64,000 nucleotides of DNA from the NCBI GenBank assembly GCA_964057225.1, contig OZ059897.1, forward strand, positions 18,972,001-19,036,000. Direction: 5' to 3'. Within the stretch, counting starts at the first letter, position 1. Every line of letters begins with the position of its first letter. The notes under the pieces were generated by a model, which was not told where the DNA came from, searched no databases, and saw only the letters and a program-made list of their open reading frames with translations. Source of the stretch: Auanema rhodensis (taxonomy: Eukaryota > Animalia > Nematoda). This document shows, in pieces, positions 40,006 through 54,400 of the stretch. The position numbers were made by a program, and so were the translations under genes.

Positions 40006-43000
40006 GATCGACGCAGCTTAAAAATCCGCATCGAATGCACTATACTACATTGAGAAACGCTTAATACAAAAATTAGTTATGATCGTTTGAAAAATGATGC
40101 ATTAGTGTATGTTGAGTTTCCATGTACACTCAACATTGCTTCCAAAACATTTTGACAAAAATTTTTTCGAAAAATTTCAAAATAATTTAGCAAAAAGTAG
40201 ATGTTTTTAGATTCCATTGTTCAAGGCAAAGACGATGGACAATGTTATTCAACGAAAAAATTAATTCTTCAGGGTGAAAATCGAGGATATAAGTGTGAAC
40301 TTATATCAGTTGATATCTCGATGCATTTTTAAGCTAGCGCAAATCTGATAACACAGATCGACGCAGCTTAAAAATCCGCATCGAATGCACTATACTACAT
40401 TAAGAAACACTTGATACAAAAATTAGTTATGATCGTTTGAAAAATGATGCATTAGTGTATGTTGAGTTTCCATGTACACTCAACATTGCTTCCAAAAACA
40501 TTTTGACAAAAATTTTTTCGAAAAATTTCAAAATAATTTAGCAAAAAGTAGATGTTTTTAGATTCCTTTTTTCAAGGCAAAGACGATGGACAATGTTATT
40601 CAACGAAAAAATTATTTCTTCAGGGTGAAAATCGAGGATATAAGTGTGAACTTATATCAGTTGATATCTTGGTGCATTTTTAAGCTAGCGCAAATCTGAT
40701 AACACAGATCGACGCAGCTTAAAAATCCGCATCGAATGCACTATACTACATTAAGAAACACTTGATACAAAAATTAGTTATGATCGTTTGAAAAATGATG
40801 CATTAGTGTATGTTGAGTTTCCATGTACACTCAACATTGCTTCCAAAAACATTTTGACAAAAATTTTTTCGAAAAATTTCAAAATAATTTAGCAAAAAGT
40901 AGATGTTTTTAGATTCCTTTTTTCAAGGCAAAGACGATGGACAATGTTATTCAACGAAAAAATTATTTCTTCAGGGTGAAAATCGAGGATATAAGTGTGA
41001 ACTTATATCAGTTGATATCTCGGTGCATTTTTAAGCTAGCGCAAATCTGATAACACAGATCGACGCAGCTTAAAAATCCGCATCGAATGCACTATACTAC
41101 ATTAAGAAACACTTGATACAAAAATTAGTTATGATCGTTTGAAAAATGATGCATTAGTGTATGTTGAGTTTCCATGTACACTCAACATTGCTTCCAAAAA
41201 CATTTTGACAAAAATTTTTTCGAAAAATTTCAAAATAATTTAGCAAAAAGTAGATGTTTTTAGATTCCTTTTTTCAAGGCAAAGACGATGGACAATGTTA
41301 TTCAACAAAAAAATTATTTCTTCAGGGTGAAAATCGAGGATATAAGTGTGAACTTATATCAGTTGATATCTCGGTGCATTTTTAAGCTAGCGCAAATCTG
41401 ATAACACAGATCGACGCAGCTTAAAAATCCGCATCGAATGCACTATACTACATTGAGAAACGCGTGATACAAAAATTAGTTATGATCGTTTGAAAAATGA
41501 TGCATTAGTGTATGTTGAGTTTCCATGTACACTCAACATTGCTTCCAAAAACATTTTGACAAAAATTTTTTCGAAAAATTTCAAAATAATTTAGCAAAAA
41601 GTAGATGTTTTTAGATTCCTTTTTTCAAGGCAAAGACGATGGACAATGTTATTCAACGAAAAAATTATTTCTTCAGGGTGAAAATCGAGGATATAAGTGT
41701 GAACTTATATCAGTTGATATCTCGGTGCATTTTTAAGCTAGCGCAAATCTGATAACACAGATCGACGCAGCTTAAAAATCCGCATCGAATGCACTATACT
41801 ACATTAAGAAACACTTGATACAAAAATTAGTTATGATCGTTTGAAAAATGATGCATTAGTGTATGTTGAGTTTCCATGTACACTCAACATTGCTTCCAAA
41901 AACATTTTGACAAAAATTTTTTCGAAAAATTTCAAAATAATTTAGCGAAAAGTAGATGTTTTTAGATTCCTTTTTTCAAGGCAAAGACGATGGACAATGT
42001 TATTCAACGAAAAAATTATTTCTTCAGGGTGAAAATCGAGGATATAAGTGTGAACTTATATCAGTTGATATCTCGGTGCATTTTTAAGCTAGCGCAAATC
42101 TGATAACACAGATCGACGCAGCTTAAAAATCCGCATCGAATGCACTATACTACATTGAGAAACGCGTGATACAAAAATTAGTTATGATCGTTTGAAAAAT
42201 GATGCATTAGTGTATGTTGAGTTTCCATGTACACTCAACATTGCTTCCAAAAACATTTTGACAAAAATTTTTTCGAAAAATTTCGAAATAATTTAGCAAA
42301 AAGTAGATGTTTTTAGATTCCTTTTTTCAAGGCAAAGACGATGGACAATGTTATTCAACGAAAAAATTATTTCTTCAGGGTGAAAATCGAGGATATAAGT
42401 GTGAACTTATATCAGTTGATATCTCGGTGCATTTTTAAGCTAGCGCAAATCTGATAACACAGATCGACGCAGCTGAAAAATCCGCATCGAATGCACTATA
42501 CTACATTAAGAAACACTTGATACAAAAATTAGTTATGATCGTTTGAAAAATGATGCATTAGTGTATGTTGAGTTTCCATGTACACTCAACATTGCTTCCA
42601 AAAACATTTTGACAAAAATTTTTTCGAAAAATTTCAGAATAATTTAGCAAAAAGTAGATGTTTTTAGATTCCTTTTTTCAAGGCAAAGACGATGGACAAT
42701 GTTATTCAACGAAAAAATTATTTCTTCAGGGTGAAAATCGAGGATATAAGTGTGAACTTATATCAGTTGATATCTCGGTGCATTTTTAAGCTAGCGCAAA
42801 TCTGATAACACAGATCGACGCAGCTTAAAAATCCGCATCGAATGCACTATACTACATTGAGAAACGCTTAATACAAAAATTAGTTATGATCGTTTGAAAA
42901 ATGATGCATTAGTGTATGTTGAGTTTCCATGTACACTCAACATTGCTTCCAAAAACATTTTGACAAAAATTTTTTCGAAAAATTTCAAAATAATTTAGCA

Positions 43001-43865
43001 AAAAGTAGATGTTTTTAGATTCCATTGTTCAAGGCAAAGACGATGGACAATGTTATTCAACGAAAAAATTAATTCTTCAGGGTGAAAATCGAGGATATAA
43101 GTGTGAACTTATATCAGTTGATATCTCGATGCATTTTTAAGCTAGCGCAAATCTGATAACACAGATCGACGCAGCTTAAAAATCCGCATCGAATGCACTA
43201 TACTACATTGAAAAACGCTTAATACAAAAATTAGTTATGATCGTTTGAAAAATGATGCATTAGTGTATGTTGAGTTTCCATGTACACTCAACATTGCTTC
43301 CAAAAACATTTTGACAAAAATTTTTTCGAAAAATTTCAAAATAATTTAGCAAAAAGTAGATGTTTTTAGATTCCATTTTTCAAGGCAAAGACGATGGACA
43401 ATGTTATTCAACGAAAAAATTAATTCTTCAGGGTGAAAATCGAGGATATAAGTGTGAACTTATATCAGTTGATATCTCGGTGCATTTTTAAGCTAGCGCA
43501 AATCTGATAACACAGATCGACGCAGCTTAAAAATCCGCATCGAATGCACTATACTACATTAAGAAACACTTGATACAAAAATTAGTTATGATCGTTTGAA
43601 AAATTATGCATTAGTGTATGTTGAGTTTCCATGTACACTCAACATTGCTTCCAAAAACATTTTGACAAAAATTTTTTCGAAAAATTTCAAAATAATTTAG
43701 CAAAAAGTAGATGTTTTTAGATTCCTTTTTTCAAGGCAAAGACGATGGACAATGTTATTCAACGAAAAAATTATTTCTTCAGGGTGAAAATCGAGGATAT
43801 AAGTGTGATCTTATATCAGTTGATATCTCGGTGCATTTTTAAGCTAGCGCAAATCTGATAACACA

Positions 43866-46800
43866 GATCGACGCAGCTTAAAAATCCGCATCGAATGCAC
43901 TATACTACATTGAGAAACGCTTAATACAAAAATTAGTTATGATCGTTTGAAAAATGATGCATTAGTGTATGTTGAGTTTCCATGTACACTCAACATTGCT
44001 TCCAAAAACATTTTGACAAAAATTTTTTCGAAAAATTTCAAAACAATTTAGCAAAAAGTAGATGTTTTTAGATTCCATTTTTCAAGGCAAAGACGATGGA
44101 CAATGTTATTCAACGAAAAAATTAATTCTTCAGGGTGAAAATCGAGGATATAAGTGTGAACTTATATCAGTTGATATCTCGATGCATTTTTAAGCTAGCG
44201 CAAATCTGATAACACAGATCGACGCAGCTTAAAAATCCGCATCGAATGCACTATACTACATTGAAAAACGCTTAATACAAAAATTAGTTATGATCGTTTG
44301 AAAAATGATGCATTAGTGTATGTTGAGTTTCCATGTACACTCAACATTGCTTCCAAAAACATTTTGATAAAAATTTTTTCGAAAAATTTCAAAATAATTT
44401 AGCAAAAAGTAGATGTTTTTAGATTCCATTTTTCAAGGCAAAGACGATGGACAATGTTATTCAACGAAAAAATTAATTCTTCAGGGTGAAAATCGAGGAT
44501 ATAAGTGTGAACTTATATCAGTTGATATCTCGGTGCATTTTTAAGCTAGCGCAAATCTGATAACACAGATCGACGCAGCTTAAAAATCCGCATCGAATGC
44601 ACTATACTACATTAAGAAACGCTTGATACAAGAATTAGTTATGATCGTTTGAAAAATGATGCATTAGTGTATGTTGAGTTTCCATGTACACTCAACATTG
44701 CTTCCAAAAACATTTTGACAAAAATTTTTTCGAAAAATTTCAAAATAATTTAGCAAAAAGTAGATGTTTTTAGATTCCATTTTTCAAGGCAAAGACGATG
44801 GACAATGTTATTCAACGAAGAAATTAATTCTTCAGGGTGAAAATCGAGGATATAAGTGTGAACTTATATCAGTTGATATCTCGGTGCATTTTTAAGCTAG
44901 CGCAAATCTCATAACACAGATCGACGCAGCTTAAAAATCCGCATCGAATGCACTATACTACATTGAGAAACGCGTGATACAAAAATTAGTTATGATCGTT
45001 TGAAAAATGATGCATTAGTGTATGTTGAGTTTCCATGTACACTCAACATTGCTTCCAAAAACATTTTGACAAAAATTTTTTCGAAAAATTTCGAAATAAT
45101 TTAGCAAAAAGTAGATGTTTTTAGATTCCTTTTTTCAAGGCAAAGACGATGGACAATGTTATTCAACGAAAAAATTATTTCTTCAGGGTGAAAATCGAGG
45201 ATATAAGTGTGAACTTATATCAGTTGATATCTCGGTGCATTTTTAAGCTAGCGCAAATCTGATAACACAGATCGACGCAGCTTAAAAATCCGCATCGAAT
45301 GCACTATACTACATTAAGAAACACTTGATACAAAAATTAGTTATGATCGTTTGAAAAATGATGCATTAGTGTATGTTGAGTTTCCATGTACACTCAACAT
45401 TGCTTCCAAAAACATTTTGACAAAAATTTTTTCGAAAAATTTCAAAATAATTTAGCAAAAAGTAGATGTTTTTAGATTCCTTTTTTCAAGGCAAAGACGA
45501 TGGACATTGTTATTCAACGAAAAAATTATTTCTTCAGGGTGAAAATCGAGGATATAAGTGTGAACTTATATCAGTTGATATCTTGGTGCATTTTTAAGCT
45601 AGCGCAAATCTGATAACACAGATCGACGCAGCTTAAAAATCCGCATCGAATGCACTATACTACATTGAGAAACGCGTGATACAAAAATTAGTTATGATCG
45701 TTTGAAAAATGATGCATTAGTGTATGTTGAGTTTCCATGTACACTCAACATTGCTTCCAAAAACATTTTGACAAAAATTTTTTCGAAAAATTTCAAAATA
45801 ATTTAGCAAAAAGTAGATGTTTTTAGAATCCATTTTTCAAGGCAAAGACGATGGACAATGTTATTCAACGAAGAAATTAATTCTTCAGGGTGAAAATCGA
45901 GGATATAAGTGTGAACTTATATCAGTTGATATCTCGGTGCATTTTTAAGCTAGCGCAAATCTGATAACACAGATCGACGCAGCTTAAAAATCCGCATCGA
46001 ATGCACTATACTACATTGAGAAACGCGTGATACAAAAATTAGTTATGATCGTTTGAAAAATGATGCATTAGTGTATGTTGAGTTTCCATGTACACTCAAC
46101 ATTGCTTCCAAAAACATTTTGACAAAAATTTTTTCGAAAAATTTCGAAATAATTTAGCAAAAAGTAGATGTTTTTAGATTCCTTTTTTCAAGGCAAAGAC
46201 GATGGACAATGTTATTCAACGAAAAAATTATTTCTTCAGGGTGAAAATCGAGGATATAAGTGTGAACTTATATCAGTTGATATCTCGGTGCATTTTTAAG
46301 CTAGCGCAAATCTGATAACACAGATCGACGCAGCTTAAAAATCCGCATCGAATGCACTATACTACATTGAGAAACGCGTGATACAAAAATTAGTTATGAT
46401 CGTTTGAAAAATGATGCATTAGTGTATGTTGAGTTTCCATGTACACTCAACATTGCTTCCAAAAACATTTTGACAAAAATTTTTTCGAAAAATTTCGAAA
46501 TAATTTAGCAAAAAGTAGATGTTTTTAGATTCCTTTTTTCAAGGCAAAGACGATGGACAATGTTATTCAACGAAAAAATTATTTCTTCAGGGTGAAAATC
46601 GAGGATATAAGTGTGAACTTATATCAGTTGATATCTCGGTGCATTTTTAAGCTAGCGCAAATCTGATAACACAGATCGACGCAGCTTAAAAATCCGCATC
46701 GAATGCACTATACTACATTGAGAAACGCGTGATACAAAAATTAGTTATGATCGTTTGAAAAATGATGCATTAGTGTATGTTGAGTTTCCATGTACACTCA

Positions 46801-48428
46801 ACATTGCTTCCAAAAACATTTTGACAAAAATTTTTTCGAAAAATTTCAAAATAATTTAGCAAAAAGTAGATGTTTTTAGATTCCTTTTTTCAAGGCAAAG
46901 ACGATGGACAATGTTATTCAACGAAAAAATTATTTCTTCAGGGTGAAAATCGAGGATATAAGTGTGAACTTATATCAGTTGATATCTCGGTGCATTTTTA
47001 AGCTAGCGCAAATCTGATAACACAGATCGACGCAGCTTAAAAATCCGCATCGAATGCACTATACTACATTGAGAAACGCGTGATACAAAAATTAGTTATG
47101 ATCGTTTGAAAAATGATGCATTAGTGTATGTTGAGTTTCCATGTACACTCAACATTGCTTCCAAAAACATTTTGACAAAAATTTTTTCGAAAAATTTCAA
47201 AATAATTTAGCAAAAAGTAGATGTTTTTAGATTCCTTTTTTCAAGGCAAAGACGATGGACAATGTTATTCAACGAAAAAATTATTTCTTCAGGGTGAAAA
47301 TCGAGGATATAAGTGTGAACTTATATCAGTTGATATCTCGGTGCATTTTTAAGCTAGCGCAAATCTGATAACACAGATCGACGCAGCTTAAAAATCCGCA
47401 TCGAATGCACTATACTACATTGAGAAACGCTTAATACAAAAATTAGTTATGATCGTTTGAAAAATGATGCATTAGTGTATGTTGAGTTTCCATGTACACT
47501 CAACATTGCTTCCAAAAACATTTTGACAAAAATTTTTTCGAAAAATTTCAAAACAATTTAGCAAAAAGTAGATGTTTTTAGATTCCATTTTTCAAGGCAA
47601 AGACGATGGACAATGTTATTCAACGAAAAAATTAATTCTTCAGGGTGAAAATCGAGGATATAAGTGTGAACTTATATCAGTTGATATCTCGATGCATTTT
47701 TAAGCTAGCGCAAATCTGATAACACAGATCGACGCAGCTTAAAAATCCGCATCGAATGCACTATACTACATTGAAAAACGCTTAATACAAAAATTAGTTA
47801 TGATCGTTTGAAAAATGATGCATTAGTGTATGTTGAGTTTCCATGTACACTCAACATTGCTTCCAAAAACATTTTGATAAAAATTTTTTCGAAAAATTTC
47901 AAAATAATTTAGCAAAAAGTAGATGTTTTTAGATTCCATTTTTCAAGGCAAAGACGATGGACAATGTTATTCAACGAAAAAATTAATTCTTCAGGGTGAA
48001 AATCGAGGATATAAGTGTGAACTTATATCAGTTGATATCTCGGTGCATTTTTAAGCTAGCGCAAATCTGATAACACAGATCGACGCAGCTTAAAAATCCG
48101 CATCGAATGCACTATACTACATTAAGAAACGCTTGATACAAGAATTAGTTATGATCGTTTGAAAAATGATGCATTAGTGTATGTTGAGTTTCCATGTACA
48201 CTCAACATTGCTTCCAAAAACATTTTGACAAAAATTTTTTCGAAAAATTTCAAAATAATTTAGCAAAAAGTAGATGTTTTTAGATTCCATTTTTCAAGGC
48301 AAAGACGATGGACAATGTTATTCAACGAAGAAATTAATTCTTCAGGGTGAAAATCGAGGATATAAGTGTGAACTTATATCAGTTGATATCTCGGTGCATT
48401 TTTAAGCTAGCGCAAATCTGATAACACA
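43866..48428. repeat. 3-monomer block duplicated at 3510-bp distance around a run of five ACGCGTG-type monomers
   Basis: The CAAAACAATT+CTCGATGC monomer followed by the TTTTGATAAAA monomer occurs at 43866/44217 and 47376/47727. The ACGCGTG run covers 45621-47375. Confidence 0.8.
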
Positions 48429-51400
48429 GATCGACGCAGCTTAAAAATCCGCATCGAATGCACTATACTACATTAAGAAACACTTGATACAAAAATTAGT
48501 TATGATCGTTTGAAAAATGATGCATTAGTGTATGTTGAGTTTCCATGTACACTCAACATTGCTTCCAAAAACATTTTGACAAAAATTTTTTCGAAAAATT
48601 TCAAAATAATTTAGCAAAAAGTAGATGTTTTTAGATTCCTTTTTTCAAGGCAAAGACGATGGACATTGTTATTCAACGAAAAAATTATTTCTTCAGGGTG
48701 AAAATCGAGGATATAAGTGTGAACTTATATCAGTTGATATCTCGGTGCATTTTTAAGCTAGCGCAAATCTGATAACACAGATCGACGCAGCTTAAAAATC
48801 CGCATCGAATGCACTATACTACATTAAGAAACGCTTGATACAAGAATTAGTTATGATCGTTTGAAAAATGATGCATTAGTGTATGTTGAGTTTCCATGTA
48901 CACTCAACATTGCTTCCAAAAACATTTTGACAAAAATTTTTTCGAAAAATTTCAAAATAATTTAGCAAAAAGTAGATGTTTTTAGATTCCATTTTTCAAG
49001 GCAAAGACGATGGACAATGTTATTCAACGAAGAAATTAATTCTTCAGGGTGAAAATCGAGGATATAAGTGTGAACTTATATCAGTTGATATCTCGGTGCA
49101 TTTTTAAGCTAGCGCAAATCTGATAACACAGATCGACGCAGCTTAAAAATCCGCATCGAATGCACTATACTACATTAAGAAACACTTGATACAAAAATTA
49201 GTTATGATCGTTTGAAAAATGATGCATTAGTGTATGTTGAGTTTCCATGTACACTCAACATTGCTTCCAAAAACATTTTGACAAAAATTTTTTCGAAAAA
49301 TTTCAAAATAATTTAGCAAAAAGTAGATGTTTTTAGATTCCATTTTTCAAGGCAAAGACGATGGACAATGTTATTCAACGAAGAAATTAATTCTTCAGGG
49401 TGAAAATCGAGGATATAAGTGTGAACTTATATCAGTTGATATCTCGGTGCATTTTTAAGCTAGCGCAAATCTGATAACACAGATCGACGCAGCTTAAAAA
49501 TCCGCATCGAATGCACTATACTACATTGAGAAACGCGTGATACAAAAATTAGTTATGATCGTTTGAAAAATGATGCATTAGTGTATGTTGAGTTTCCATG
49601 TACACTCAACATTGCTTCCAAAAACATTTTGACAAAAATTTTTTCGAAAAATTTCGAAATAATTTAGCAAAAAGTAGATGTTTTTAGATTCCTTTTTTCA
49701 AGGCAAAGACGATGGACAATGTTATTCAACGAAAAAATTATTTCTTCAGGGTGAAAATCGAGGATATAAGTGTGAACTTATATCAGTTGATATCTCGGTG
49801 CATTTTTAAGCTAGCGCAAATCTGATAACACAGATCGACGCAGCTTAAAAATCCGCATCGAATGCACTATACTACATTAAGAAACACTTGATACAAAAAT
49901 TAGTTATGATCGTTTGAAAAATGATGCATTAGTGTATGTTGAGTTTCCATGTACACTCAACATTGCTTCCAAAAACATTTTGACAAAAATTTTTTCGAAA
50001 AATTTCAAAATAATTTAGCAAAAAGTAGATGTTTTTAGATTCCTTTTTTCAAGGCAAAGACGATGGACAATGTTATTCAACGAAAAAATTATTTCTTCAG
50101 GGTGAAAATCGAGGATATAAGTGTGAACTTATATCAGTTGATATCTCGGTGCATTTTTAAGCTAGCGCAAATCTGATAACACAGATCGACGCAGCTTAAA
50201 AATCCGCATCGAATGCACTATACTACATTGAGAAACGCGTGATACAAAAATTAGTTATGATCGTTTGAAAAATGATGCATTAGTGTATGTTGAGTTTCCA
50301 TGTACACTCAACATTGCTTCCAAAAACATTTTGACAAAACTTTTTTCGAAAAATTTCAAAATAATTTAGCAAAAAGTAGATGTTTTTAGAATCCATTTTT
50401 CAAGGCAAAGACGATGGACAATGTTATTCAACGAAGAAATTAATTCTTCAGGGTGAAAATCGAGGATATAAGTGTGAACTTATATCAGTTGATATCTCGG
50501 TGCATTTTTAAGCTAGCGCAAATCTGATAACACAGATCGACGCAGCTTAAAAATCCGCATCGAATGCACTATACTACATTGAGAAACGCGTGATACAAAA
50601 ATTAGTTATGATCGTTTGAAAAATGATGCATTAGTGTATGTTGAGTTTCCATGTACACTCAACATTGCTTCCAAAAACATTTTGACAAAAATTTTTTCGA
50701 AAAATTTCGAAATAATTTAGCAAAAAGTAGATGTTTTTAGATTCCTTTTTTCAAGGCAAAGACGATGGACAATGTTATTCAACGGAAAAATTATTTCTTC
50801 AGGGTGAAAATCGAGGATATAAGTGTGAACTTATATCAGTTGATATCTCGGTGCATTTTTAAGCTAGCGCAAATCTGATAACACAGATCGACGCAGCTTA
50901 AAAATCCGCATCGAATGCACTATACTACATTAAGAAACACTTGATACAAAAATTAGTTATGATCGTTTGAAAAATGATGCATTAGTGTATGTTGAGTTTC
51001 CATGTACACTCAACATTGCTTCCAAAAACATTTTGACAAAAATTTTTTCGAAAAATTTCAAAATAATTTAGCAAAAAGTAGATGTTTTTAGATTCCTTTT
51101 TTCAAGGCAAAGACGATGGACAATGTTATTCAACGAAAAAATTATTTCTTCAGGGTGAAAATCGAGGATATAAGTGTGAACTTATATCAGTTGATATCTC
51201 GGTGCATTTTTAAGCTAGCGCAAATCTGATAACACAGATCGACGCAGCTTAAAAATCCGGATCGAATGCACTATACTACATTAAGAAACACTTGATACAA
51301 AAATTAGTTATGATCGTTTGAAAAATGATGCATTAGTGTATGTTGAGTTTCCATGTACACTCAACATTGCTTCCAAAAACATTTTGACAAAAATTTTTTC

Positions 51401-54400
51401 GAAAAATTTCAAAATAATTTAGCAAAAAGTAGATGTTTTAAGATTCCATTTTTCAAGGCAAAGACGATGGACAATGTTATTCAACGAAAAAATTAATTCT
51501 TCAGGGTGAAAATCGAGGATATAAGTGTGAACTTATATCAGTTGATATCTCGGTGCATTTTTAAGCTAGCGCAAATCTGATAACACAGATCGACGCAGCT
51601 TAAAAATCCGCATCGAATGCACTATACTACATTTAGAAACGCTTAATACAAAAATTAGTTATGATCGTTTGAAAAATGATGCATTAGTGTATGTTGAGTT
51701 TCCATGTACACTCAACATTGCTTCCAAAAACATTTTGACAAAAATTTTTTCGAAAAATTTCAAAATAATTTAGCAAAAAGTAGATGTTTTTAGATTCCAT
51801 TTTTCAAGGCAAAGACGATGGACAATGTTATTCAACGAAAAAATTAATTCTTCAGGGTGAAAATCGAGGATATAAGTGTGAACTTATATCAGTTGATATC
51901 TCGGTGCATTTTTAAGCTAGCGCAAATCTGATAACACAGATCGACGCAGCTTAAAAATCCGCATCGAATGCACTATATTACATTGAGAAACGCTTAATAC
52001 AAAAATTAGTTATGATCGTTTGAAAAATGATGCATTAGTGTATGTTGAGTTTCCATGTACACTCAACATTGCTTCCAAAAACATTTTGACAAAAATTTTT
52101 TCGAAAAATTTCAAAATAATTTAGCAAAAAGTAGATGTTTTTAGATTCCATTTTTCAAGGCAAAGACGATAGACAATGTTATTCAACGAAAAAATTAATT
52201 CTTCAGGGTGAAAATCGAGGATATAAGTGTGAACTTATATCAGTTGATATCTCGGTGCATTTTTAAGCTAGCGCAAATCTGATAACACAGATCGACGCAG
52301 CTTAAAAATCCGCATCGAATGCACTATACTACATTGAGAAACGCTTAATACAAAAATTAGTTATGATCGTTTGAAGAATGATGCATTAGTGTATGTTGAG
52401 TTTCCATGTACACTCAACATTGCTTCCAAAAACATTTTGACAAAAATTTTTTCGAAAAATTTCAAAATAATTTAGCAAAAAGTAGATGTTTTAAGATTCC
52501 ATTTTTCAAGGCAAAGACGATGGACAATGTTATTCAACGAAAAAATTAATTCATCAGGGTGAAAATCGAGGATATAAGTGTGAACTTATATCAGTTGATA
52601 TCTCGGTGCATTTTAAAGCTAGCGCAAATCTGATAACACAGATCGACGCAGCTTAAAAATCCGCATCGAATGCACTATACTGCATTGAGAAACGCTTAAT
52701 ACAAAAATTAGTTATGATCGTTTGAAAAATGATGCATTAGTGTATGTTGAGTTTCCATGTACACTCAACATTGCTTCCAAAAACATTTTGACAAAAATTT
52801 TTTCGAAAAATTTCAAAATAATTTAGCGAAAAGTAGATGTTTTTAGATTCCATTTTTCAAGGCAATGACGATGGACAATGTTATTTAACGAAAAAATTAA
52901 TTCTTCAGGGTGAAAATCGAGGATATAAGTGTGAACTTATATCAGTTGATATCTCGGTGCATTTTTAAGCTAGCGCAAATCTGATAACACAGATCGACGC
53001 AGCTCAAAAATCCGCATCGAATGCACTATACTACATTGAGAAACGCTTAATACAAAAATTAGTTATGATCGTTTGAAAAATGATGCATTAGTGTATGTTG
53101 AGTTTCCATGTACACTCAACATTGCTTCCAAAAACATTTTGACAAAAATTTTTTCGAAAAATTTCAAAATAATTTAGCAAAAAGTAGATGTTTTTAGATT
53201 CCATTTTTCAAGGCAAAGACGATGGACAATGTTATTCAACGAAGAAATTAATTCTTCAGGGTGAAAATCGAGGATATAAGTGTGAACTTATATCAGTTGA
53301 TATCTCCGTGCATTTTTAAGCTAGCGCAAATCTGATAACACAGATCGACGCAGCTCAAAAATCCGCATCGAATGCACTATACTACATTTAGAAACGCTTA
53401 ATACAAAAATAAGTTATGATCGTTTGAAAAATGATGCATTAGTGTATGTTGAGTTTCCATGTACACTCAACATTGCTTCCAAAAACATTTTGACAAAAAT
53501 TTTTTCGAAAAATTTCAAAATAATTTAGCGAAAAGTAGATGTTTTTAGATTCCATTTTTCAAGGCAAAGACGATGGACAATGTTATTCAACGAAAAAATT
53601 AATTCTTCAGGGTGAAAATCGAGGATATAAGTGTGAACTTATATCAGTTAATATCTCGGTGCATTTTTAAGCTAGCGCAAATCTGATAACACAGATCGAC
53701 GCAGCTTAAAAATCCGCATCGAATGCACTATACTACATTGAGAAACGCTTAATACAAAAATTAGTTATGATCGTTTGAAAAATGATGCATTAGTGTATGT
53801 TGAGTTTCCATGTACACTCAACATTGCTTCCAAAAACATTTTGACAAAAATTTTTTCGAAAAATTTCAAAATAATTTAGCAAAAAGTAGATGTTTTTAGA
53901 TTCCATTTTTCAAGGCAAAGACGATGGACAATGTTATTCAACGAAAAAATTAATTCTTCAGGGTGAAAATCGAGGATATAAGTGTGAACTTATATCAGTT
54001 GATATCTCGGTGCATTTTTAAGCTAGCGCAAATCTGATAACACAGATCGACGCAGCTCAAAAATCCGCATCGAATGCACTATACTACATTGAAAAACGCT
54101 TAATACAAAAATTAGTTATGATCGTTTAAAAAATGATGCATTAGTGTATGTTGAGTTTCCATGTACAATCAACATTGCTTCCAAAAACATTTTGACAAAA
54201 ATTTTTTCGAAAAATTTCAAAATAATTTAGCAAAAAGTAGATGTTTTTAGATTCCTTTTTTCAAGGCAAAGACGATGGACAATGTTATTCAACGAAAAAA
54301 TTCTTTCTTCAGGGTGAAAATCGAGGATATAAGTGTGAACTTATATCAGTTGATATCTCGGTGCATTTTTAAGCTAGCGCAAATCTGATAACACAGATCG

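Noticed and set aside
40141-40150. 1-bp deletion in an A5 tract (TCCAAAACAT)
   Set aside because: It is absent from sister copies at 34741 and 38953 and is a typical homopolymer error.
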